Under the pieces are notes generated by a model. It made no database searches. It saw nothing but the letters and a program-made list of their open reading frames with translations, and was not told the DNA's origin. This document shows, in pieces, positions 20,261-29,309 of a stretch of DNA of 29,309 bases. Positions within the stretch are counted from its first letter, which is position 1; every line of letters starts with the position of its first letter. The translations under genes and the position numbers were made by a program. The stretch comes from Tubiluchus corallicola (taxonomy: Eukaryota > Animalia > Priapulida). The stretch is from NCBI GenBank assembly GCA_030141605.1, contig JAQGDQ010001690.1, forward strand, positions 1-29,309, in the 5' to 3' direction.

Positions 20261-20519
20261 TTTAAATCTGTGTATAAGTAGGAAAAATTAAAAAAAACGT
20301 AATTAGCTAATTAACGGTAATTAACGGTGTATAAAATGACTGCGTCATCATCAGAAATGTCATCATCATCTTGTAAATAAAAAGTTAAAATGTGACCCAA
20401 GTGAGTAACCTGATTGCAAAAAAGCAATGGCCTGTTTACAAATAAAATTATAGGACTGTGTTGTTGTACGTGCATTTACTATTTCTAAAAATAATACATT
20501 TACTTTTTACCTATAGTAC

Positions 20520-20990
20520 AGTTAGTTTATTATAATATCATGTTTTATTTTACAACAATTAAAAACACAAAAGTACGCACCGTTACAGTAAGATAAAAGC
20601 CTTTCTATCGTCAGAGGTATGAGATGCCTTAAAATCATTTTACATATAAATTAAAACAGTCATTAAACAAACATTAAAGCATATCATTACACTAGTTCAA
20701 AATTTTCTTCTTTCCAGCACTAGGTGGCAGGTTTTGACACATTCTTTTAAACAACTATCACCTGGCTGTATCAGACATAATTTACCATTTAAGTTGAACT
20801 CGTTAAAATTATTGATTTTTGTGCTTAGACACTGGAATAACAAAATGCGAGTATCATCATGTTGGTCACAATGTAATAAAACATGTTTTTCAGACTCGAC
20901 CGCTAACTGATCACAAAAATGACACAATCTTTCATCTTCTGGGATATTACTGCTCCTTCCAATTTCTAACTTAACGGGATCAACCCCACT
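20520..20990 (-). mobile_element. LINE 3' fragment with CCHC zinc knuckle
   Basis: LEIGRSSNIPEDERLCHFCDQLAVESEKHVLLHC is a typical non-LTR ORF2 C-terminal motif. Boundaries approximate. Confidence 0.75.
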
Positions 20991-21104
20991 AATTATAATT
21001 ATGTACCATTTCTTGAGCTGTTGTTGTAATAAAGTTTAAATAAGTGTTTGAAGTTTGACGTGACTGCGAGCTGTTGAAAATCAAAATTTTCTACTGTTTT
21101 TCAG

Positions 21105-21233
21105 ATTCCGGCTCCCATCAATCAGTACCTATGGGATTATCAAAGGGAAGGAGTTAAGTTCTTGTTTGAGCATTATTCTCAAAATCAAGGTGCTATTCTT
21201 GGTGATGACATGGGTTTAGGAAAAACTGTGCAG
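21105..21233 (+). CDS. ERCC6L2: ERCC6L2 exon with SNF2 Q motif and motif I/Walker A ([16 protein letters not shown]...[13 protein letters not shown])
   Basis: 129 nt, phase 0-0, tcag|ATT...CAG|gtatag. Absent from the ORF track. Confidence 0.94.
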
Positions 21234-21271
21234 GTATAGTGCAATGATTTATGCATCATGTTGTACAGGTA

Positions 21272-22292
21272 CAGCGGAACCTCGACTTACGAAAACCTTA
21301 TACGAAAAAATCGGAATACGAATCGGGCTTCGAAGAAATTTCCGTCCCATTTAATGAAAAAATATTCAAGACTAGCAAAGGCCCCGCAAAAAGTTTTGTG
21401 TATAAATACACTTGTCAGCAATAATATGCGAACATCCTACCTAGTCCTCACTTATAACGCAAAGCCAGCAGCAGCAGCTTTTACTGAATTAAGGCTATAG
21501 ACAGAGTATAATGGATGACGTCAGAACAGTGGCTTTGCGTCAGCAGTTTTCCAAGTGAAAATTGCCAAAAATAGAACATCTAATTAAATCGCCGATACTC
21601 CTTTTGGTGGACCTGTCCTAACATATAGCCCACATCATCTTGTAGCCCTGTTCTTCTTCTTTCTAAAGAGCCGTATCTCTCCTTCCGAGAGTCCAACCAG
21701 GTGCCGCTAGAACGTTTTTTCTGCAAGCTGTTTGACCAAAATTTCGAAAAAATCGCGAGTTGGGTCCGGGAAAACGCCCGTTACGGGACGCCGGGACGCC
21801 AGTAGAATTAATGTATAGATACGAAAATGAAAATTGAAAGTGCTGCCCGACAGAGGTCCTCCCAGAATAAATTTCGTAGCATCACGTGAACGCTTTGCTC
21901 TCACACACCGTACCGAAAAGCTCCCGTCCATTGTCGTTGATTTGCATTCAATAACCATGGGTCCGAAAAAAGCAAGTGTCAGTGCCAGTGGTAGTGATAA
22001 GAAGAAAAGGATGATGTTGATGGAAACAAAGCATGAAATTATAGCTAAATATGAAAGTGGCATGTGTTTAAGTGCTATCGAAAAAGAGTATGAGCAAAAC
22101 CCTTCAACGATCGGTCATTAATGAACATATTTCTTTCGGGTGGGTACAATATTTACACTTCATATGACTGTTTTCGGGGGGGGCTGGAACGAATTACGCC
22201 ATTTATAGGGTAAATCTTGTCTCATAATATTAAATTATAAGATACGAAAGCCCCTCCGGAACGAATTAATTTCCTATCTCAAGGTATCACTG
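21272..22292 (+). mobile_element. Internally deleted Tigger/pogo transposon
   Basis: Imperfect TIRs CAGCGGAACCTCGACTTACGA / TCCTATCTCAAGGTATCACTG, left TA, and a transposase N-terminus inside. Confidence 0.85.
21957..22121 (+). pseudogene. Truncated Tigger-type transposase (CENP-B/psq HTH N-terminus)
   Basis: MGPKKASVSASGSDKKKRMMLMETKHEIIAKYESGMCLSAIEKEYEQNPSTI, then a stop. No DDE domain. Confidence 0.85.
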
Positions 22293-23994
22293 AATTGTTT
22301 CACATTTTGTATTTCATATTTTTCTGTAGCTTATCATATAATTGATAAATAATTGAGACCTTAAAGTAAAACCGGACCTAATCTTAAACTCTATGTCAAA
22401 ACAATAAACTCTTTAAAATATCGAAAAGAGACACTTCTGTACTGTTTTTTAAAGAATTCCTAACTTGAGAGAATTATTACCACACAAATGCAATTTCACA
22501 TTCGCACCACTAATTGTTCGCTGTTACATGCATTTTGCGATTCACTAGTTAGACATGCAATAGCGCCTGTATTTTGGAAAGCGTTGCATAAAAAACAGGT
22601 ACGTTACAGTTCAGATGTGTTAGTTTGTGATGAACTACACACATTTGACAGCTCATGCATGAATACAGCGGTAAATTTGAAATTTGAATTTTTATATTAA
22701 AACTAGTCTTAGTACAAGACATTGAATATCTTACAGTAGCACTGTACTTAAATTTTTGGTTTTGCAAGCACATGTAACACGCTTACGGAATATTTTTGCT
22801 GTTGAAAATTATGTTAGTTTGTGATGTCATCAATAGTTGAGCTCGCCCGCCATTAATTAAGATTATAATCTATTATTTAATTATCAGAAACGCTTTTGCA
22901 GTATTAATGGTGTCAAAATGTATACTTTTTGCCGTACTTGAAAATGGGGTAGTATATGAAAAATCATTCTGCCTGCCGTTAAGCATTTTTTAACTTGTGA
23001 TAAGATCATGCCGTTAAACAGATTTTGTTTGATATTTTTCCGTAGCCTTTACCAGCCATTTTGTAACGTTTTCTCTATACAGTGATTATTTATAACATCA
23101 GGTAGATTATACACTTGTTTCTGCAGTGTAATTTTGCTATAGCACAACAGTCTGTGTTTGCTGGTAACGCTTACTACTGTAGCTCAAATTTCGTATATAT
23201 ATTCTGCAGGGGTGTTAAAAGATAAAAATTTGGTGATACTGTAATTACTGTAAGCAACATTCTAACAGTATCCTTTTTCAAAAATGACTAAAATGATAAA
23301 ACTGTCACTTCATCATCGTCGCCTGAGTCTTCAAATTCAAATGGCGAATCGCACACTTCAGAGTCTGAATCATTGCTGGACATTTTATAACTAAAGCACG
23401 CTTCAACAAAACCACCTGTAGTATGAATGCTAAAACAAGTTTGTGCGACTGATCTGCTCTGTTCGTCGGTTGTCTACTGTACTACCTCTCAGTAAGCTCT
23501 ACCTGACGTGACGTCATGGCATTGAGTGTCATGGCGGGCTGTAATATTTGATGCAGGACCAATGGCGCGCAATTTAAGTAACAATATCACATGAAAGTAC
23601 GCATCAGAACTGTCTTAAAGGTTAAATGTAATTCCGCCTACGCTATAAAATAAAATAAAATAAAATAGTTTCATAGGACCTTTAATTCTAAAAGTTATAA
23701 AACAATATTAATAACTTAAGGCACCTGCTATGAATATCGGTATGCATATTGGAATCCATCAAGTCACATCGTGCATCAAAATGACAAACTAGCATAGAAT
23801 TTTGATGGTGGTCATCGTGGTTTTTATAACACCTTGTTAAATTAATTTAAAAACACGTGGACGTGTAACTCTTATGTGTAAGCTGCGACGTTACATTATA
23901 GTGAATATTAATTAAAAAATGTTAAATATTTTTGTTTACTTGTCATATTTTAAACGAAGCTTAATAATTGATAATTTCTTTTTTCTATATTTAG

Positions 23995-24078
23995 GTTATT
24001 GCATTTCTAGCTTCATTGTTGCGGAAAACTGGCACAATAAGAGATTTGGAGAAGCAAACTCCCACTTTTATAAAAAAG
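23995..24078 (+). CDS. ERCC6L2: ERCC6L2 exon (VIAFLASLLRKTGTIRDLEKQTPTFIKK)
   Basis: 84 nt, phase 0, ttag|GTT...AAG|gtttat. Continues motif I. Confidence 0.9.
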
Positions 24079-24391
24079 GTTTATATTACCGTGTATATTT
24101 TGTTATACGTTTAGCTATGACATTTGTTATTTAGTTTACAAATGTCTTTCAATAATGAAGTTTGTTTGGTAAAATTTGCTGATTTCTTCACTGAGGTTTT
24201 TCACTCGAAATTGGATGATGTTACTATAGCAAGAGATAAAAAAATGAGTAGAAAAACTGTATAAACCTTTCAGACAAAGAAATTTCTCAGGTCAAACAAA
24301 AGTACTTAACTCAAAATATTCAAAGCTGTTAGCTAAGGAAATACGCATTCGATATGGAAAGGCATAGTCTGTAACATCTAATTATAGCAAA

Positions 24392-24559
24392 ATAACTATG
24401 ACTGCAACTACAACTAGAACTACAACTAGAACTATAAATACAATTATAACTACAACTACAAATACAACTATAACTATAACTATAAGCATAACTATAACTA
24501 TAACTATAACCATAACTATAACTATAACTATAACTATAACTATAACTATAACTATAACT
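24392..24559. repeat. (ATAACT)n hexamer microsatellite
   Basis: 6-bp period, degenerate on the left and pure on the right. Confidence 0.96.
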
Positions 24560-24624
24560 CTGTACGATTTTTACCTGTGCCAATGTACCGTGCACCGTAC
24601 CTGTGCGTTAAGCTTATATGTACT

Positions 24625-25184
24625 ATATTATAGTGTACAAATTAATTGTTAATTAACTATCTACAGCTCGTGTTGATTTCATTTGAAATTGAATTTATGA
24701 TTCCATGCATGTTCTGGGTCTCCAAGAGTAATCAAAATTTCTGCATTTTCTGATCGTGTACAATGTACATGCTCTTGGCTAGGTTTTTGCGTAGCATTTT
24801 CATTAGAAAATTTTTGAAACACTGACTCCTCTTTTTCATAATTATATACCATTTCACTAGTTACATCATCTTTATACCCATAAATGTGGTCTGTTTGCAA
24901 ATAGTTCATTTGCGAATCGTTGCGCTGCTCGGTGTCCGCCAGCTTTTCTAACTTGTATTACGCTCCTGAAAGCTTCAATTCGTATAGATTAATCTGCTAT
25001 AATTGGATAAGCGGCTACAGCAAGAATTTTTTTATTAAATGAATGAGCTCGATCGGGAAGAGAATCGAGTTCCACATTCGAGTGAATGAATTATTATTAT
25101 TTTGACAGGAAATACTCAAGCAGCTTTTTCATTAAATTAGTGTTGTGTATCTACAGCAAACATAACACGCACGTACATATCTTA
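24625..25184 (+). repeat. Left arm of a >=560-bp inverted duplication (partner 28751-29309)
   Basis: Reverse-complement identity, including the identical 76-aa ORFs at 24679-24909 and 29025-29255. Confidence 0.96.
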
Positions 25185-26741
25185 AAGGTACCTACCGACA
25201 AAGCTTTTTTATTAGTGCAGTAACAGAAAATGATATAATAAATACTTGCAAATCGTTTAATCGGAATAAAGGTCCTGGTAAGGACAAAATGTTACCTAAA
25301 GTCGTAATAGACACCATTGACTACATCTCTAAACCTTTGCAGTATTTAATTAATTTATCTTTTCTTACAGGTGAAATACCAACGAAATTGAAAGAATCAA
25401 TTATTGTTCCTTTGTTTAAATCAGATGATCCCATGTCTGTGAACAATTATAGACCAGTGTCCTTATTGCCTTTTATATCAAAAATATTAGAAAAAGTTTT
25501 TTACAATCAGTTATCTCATTATTTAATAAAAAAAGAATTCTGAGTAATAAACAATTTGGTTTCAGAAAAGGTAGCTCCACTGAAATGGCCTTAACAAAAA
25601 TTATAGAAAATATCATTAATACTGTTGAAAAAAATGGCACATCCTACGGAGTATTTTGCGACCTATCAAAAGCATTTGATACAGTAAACCATGACATTCT
25701 GCTAAATAAGTTGTACTATTACGGTATCAGAGGTTTGCCTCATATGTGGCTAAAGAATTATTTAACAGGGCGCACTCAGACAGTAAAATATAATAACGCT
25801 TTTTCAGATGTAACAACAATCAAATGTGGCGTGCCCCAAGGCTCAGTCCTCGGGCCACTACTTTTTCTAATTTATATTAATGACATCAAATTTTGTGTTA
25901 AAAATCACAATTTATTTCAGTTTGCTGATGATACAAGCATTTTTTTAGCTTTCATAAAATAGAAACCAATATTGACTACATAAATACAGTTCTACATGAT
26001 CTAGCTATATGGTTCAAAACAAATAAACTTTCACTAAATTCATCAAAAACAAAATACATTCTGTTTAGATCCCGAAATAAACCAATTCAGGCGAACCACG
26101 ATTTAATAATAGACCATAAAAGACTTACACGTGTAAAAGAACTGAAATTTCTGGGATTAATACTGAATGAGCATCTAGACTGGCGACCACATATATTCAT
26201 GATCAGATTAAAAATATCAAAAAATATAGGTATCATCTCATATATTAAAAACTTTCTGAACACCGAACATCTTCTAACATTATACAACAGTTTAATATTA
26301 TCATATTTAAATTACTGCACAACATTATGGGGCTTTACTTATACTACAAATTTAGAATGCTTAAGAGTTTTACAACGAAAATTTTTAAGTGTCATCTTCA
26401 AACTAGACAAAAGGAGCACAATTACTACTACACATTTTAAGCAATGTCAAATATTACTTCTGGATGATGTTATTAATTTTAATGGATGTATATACATGTA
26501 TAGAACCAACAACAACTTATTTCCAACTTTTTTTGAAAATCCAGTCAAGATAAATGTAAAAAAATACAATACCAGACATAATGAATATATACCAAGACGT
26601 TGTAGAACAAATATGGCGAAACACTTCATCAGCTATATGGGGCCAGTCCTATGGAACAGACTAAGCCGCAATTCGAAATGTAGTCACTCCCTTTTAACTT
26701 TTAAAAAAACCGTCAGAAAAGAAATATTTCAAAAGTATTGA
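25178..26741 (+). pseudogene. Reverse transcriptase ORF2 fragment with two frameshifts
   Basis: ORF-track pieces 25289-25543, 25585-25962 and 26199-26741 join if one base is added in the A run at ~25530 and one in the T run at ~25943. Confidence 0.9.
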
Positions 26742-27160
26742 AGAGTAACACAATTTGATAATGGTAATAACCTGCATTTTTTGCTACAGTAATCTTAATA
26801 TAACGTGACTATGTTTAACAGGATACTGAACACTTTGTAACCATGATCACAGTTTTTCTTAGTTTCTCGCTCCATTTCATCTTTCATTCACTACTCCCCC
26901 CCCCCCATTTTTTTTAAGATTTCCACATACAGTTTGGCCTGTCAAGCTATGCTTTTAGGCTCAAACTGTATGCATCAAAAAATTATTCTGTAATGAAATT
27001 TGCACATGTATATCCCGCATTATGAAATTTCTTAATAATATTGCATTTATTCATATTTATATTTATATTTACTCAAATGGAAAATTATCTGTATTTTAAT
27101 GCTAATTGTAATGATGCAATGTGGAAAATGAATAAAACTCTTGAATAAAAACTCTTGAAT
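25178..27160 (+). mobile_element. 5'-truncated CR1/L2-group LINE: RT domain, C-terminus, 3' UTR and tandem tail
   Basis: NYRPVSLLP, QFGFRKG, DLSKAFDTVNH, GVPQGSVLGPLLFLIYIND and FADDT. Stop at 26741, 3' stem-loop at 26926-26972 and tail (GAATAAAACTCTT)2. Confidence 0.95.
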
Positions 27161-28464
27161 AACTTTTTTAATTGCCACTGGCACAATATTAATGTTACTA
27201 ACATCTAATTAGACATTTAAAGGTGAATGACTGGGTGACCGCATGGTCTTTCGTCTCATCTGCTTATACTTAAGTGTATCAAATGCACTAAAGCCTTAAT
27301 TACTGTATTTCTAAAGCTAAATAAATTTACTATTACTTTAACTATATAAATTTTGGCAAAAACAACTTCATGCACTGGGCGTGGGTACTTGGAAATTTTC
27401 TCCACGAAGATACATTTTTTCGTATAATTAGAATATAATATTATTCTAAGTTTGCACTAAGAATTAATAATCATCAACAGAAACACCAAACAACGTACAC
27501 GTTAAGGTGTTAGTTAATTTGTTTAGCAACAGATGGCAGCATTTGTCCTTTTTTCGTTCTGCCCGAGCATTGAACTTGTTTCTAAACAAAGAATCATAAA
27601 TTTATGGTCCACTAAATAAAATTAGAATGCAATTATCATGTGCAAATAATGGCTAACATTTTTTTGTTAAATTTCCTTATATTTATTATAAGATGCAGCT
27701 AAATATCACACTTCCCCAAACGAAACTGCTGTAAGACAGTTGAAGTACAGTGACAGTTCAGACTCATTAAAGGCACTTACCCTTTGTCTTGGGATACTGC
27801 CCGGAGGGTTCGCTCTTCTATTACTCTTAAGCGTAAGGAAATCTTCGGGTATATCTTCTGATGAGACCTCAGAATGTCTCGTTTTTACCATTTTATCGGA
27901 CTGAATGTGCAACCAGTCCTTTCATCACTACAAAAACCGAAGCACTAACCAGAGAAATTACAACAGTAAATAGTTCGGGAGACGTAACATGAACTTTAAT
28001 TTAAGATAACAATTCTGGCAATGTTTATATACTACGTGGCATCTACTTTTCATCTTTCACAAAGAGGCAAGTTCTAATTAATATTTACGAGTAAATGCGA
28101 AAAAAACATTTACTACGATAAAGCGGAAGAATACATACTCACCCTAATAGTAACTGTAATGAGGTTTCTACAGTCCGTATGTCCTCGACACGCTAGCGCG
28201 CGAAACTTAAATTTTGTAGATCTCACATTTACTGGCTAGTCCTAAAATTCGACAACGTACTCATCCATAAAAATTATGCCATTACACTTCTATTTAAAGG
28301 GTTTACAGTCTGAATGCTAATTAATTTTGGCTGTGTTCTTAGAAATTTAAATTGGTACGTGGTAGTCCGAAGCGTGGAGCTAATGTCGTAGGCCTATACG
28401 TAGGTTGTGCCAATTTTTATCATAGAGAGAGAGCCATCCGCCCTGCATGCGTCAACACACGGAG

Positions 28465-28644
28465 CAGGGTCGGCCTTAGGTAATTGGAGGCCATAGGCGA
28501 AGTGAATTTGGTGGCCCCAAATGAAATAGAAAAAAAATACGAAAAAAATGAAATTACGCAATTTATTAAAAACTATAATGTATGTTACCTCGGCGTGAGG
28601 CCCTAGGCGGTTGCCTAGTTTGCCTATGCTTAAGGCCGGCCCTG
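28465..28644. mobile_element. Small hAT-like MITE
   Basis: TIRs CAGGGTCGGCCTTAGG / CTTAAGGCCGGCCCTG, flanked by duplicated CACGGAG (7 bp). Confidence 0.8.
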
Positions 28645-28750
28645 CACGGAGACAGGGCCCACTCTACCATTAGGCAATAGCCAGTTTTTTTGGAGGGGCC
28701 AAATTCTGGAAAATTCTTTAATTTTTTAGGTTTATCTGTAGCATAAATAA

Positions 28751-29309
28751 TAAGATAATGTACGTGTTACTGTTTGCTTAGATACACAACACTAATTTAA
28801 TGAAAAAGCTGCTCGAGTTATTTTCCTGTCAAAATAATAATAATTCATTCACTCGAATGTGGAACTCGATCTCTTCCCGGATCGAGCTCATTCATTTAAT
28901 AAAAAAATTCTTGCTGTAGCCGCTTATCCAATTATAGCAGATTAATCTATACGAATTGAAGCTTTCAGGAGCGTAATACAAGTTAGAAAAGCTGGCGGAC
29001 ACCGAGCAGCGCAACGATTCGCAAATGAACTATTTGCAAACAGACCACATTTATGGGTATAAAGATGATGTAACTAGTGAAATGGTATATAATTATGAAA
29101 AAGAGGAGTCAGTGTTTCAAAAATTTTCTAATGAAAATGCTACGCAAAAACCTAGCCAAGAGCATGTACATTGTACACGATCAGAAAATGCAGAAATTTT
29201 GATTACTCTTGGAGACCCAGAACATGCATGGAATCATAAATTCAATTTCAAATGAAATCAACACGAGCTGTAGATAGTTAATTAACAATTAATTTGTACA
29301 CTATAATAT
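28751..29309 (-). repeat. Right arm of the inverted duplication, running to the window edge
   Basis: Reverse complement of 24625-25184. Confidence 0.96.

Larger units (their letters stand above)
15163..24078 (+). other. ERCC6L2: Gene span: DNA excision repair protein ERCC-6-like 2 (RAD26L), 5' part only
   Basis: Spliced product ...EKPNF...[68 protein letters not shown]... matches my recollection of human EKPYF...[23 protein letters not shown]...[30 protein letters not shown]. Confidence 0.88.

Noticed and set aside
22360-23685. Possible TTAA-flanked (Kolobok-like) element with a short acidic ORF at ~23288-23383 (-)
   Set aside because: Only one plausible terminus (GGACCTTTAA) was found, with no matching TIR.
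24329-24652. SY-repeat and TI-repeat ORFs
   Set aside because: Translations of the (ATAACT)n microsatellite.
24679-24909. Identical 76-aa ORF pair (also 29025-29255)
   Set aside because: Identity is explained by the inverted duplication, and there is no recognisable domain or other evidence of coding.

Overview
AT-rich, intron-rich animal genomic DNA. The 5S-like sequence resembles invertebrate (lophotrochozoan-type) 5S, but the organism cannot be fixed from this window. Two spliced genes lie head-to-head. NCAPG2 (condensin II subunit G2) is on the minus strand, with 10 phase-consistent coding exons from 13263 down to 3428 (435 codons, N-terminal part only). ERCC6L2/RAD26L (SNF2-family helicase) is on the plus strand, with exons from about 15163 to 24078 (N-terminus through helicase motif I). 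E2F/CHR-like motifs lie between them. The introns hold hAT and Tigger/pogo MITEs, several 5'-truncated LINE 3' ends, a nearly intact RT-encoding LINE fragment and several tandem repeats. The most notable element is a complete ~500-bp 5S-rRNA-headed SINE (5617-6115) with a target-site duplication, a (CAA)n tail and a predicted pseudoknot. Both ends of the window are built from inverted (fold-back) duplications: three inversion junctions, two with visible microhomology. These are either real template-switch rearrangements or amplification/assembly chimeras, and sequence alone cannot decide. No prokaryotic-type system (CRISPR, operon) is present, and most ORF-track entries are spurious. All gene identities come from by-eye translation and recalled protein similarity, not a database search.
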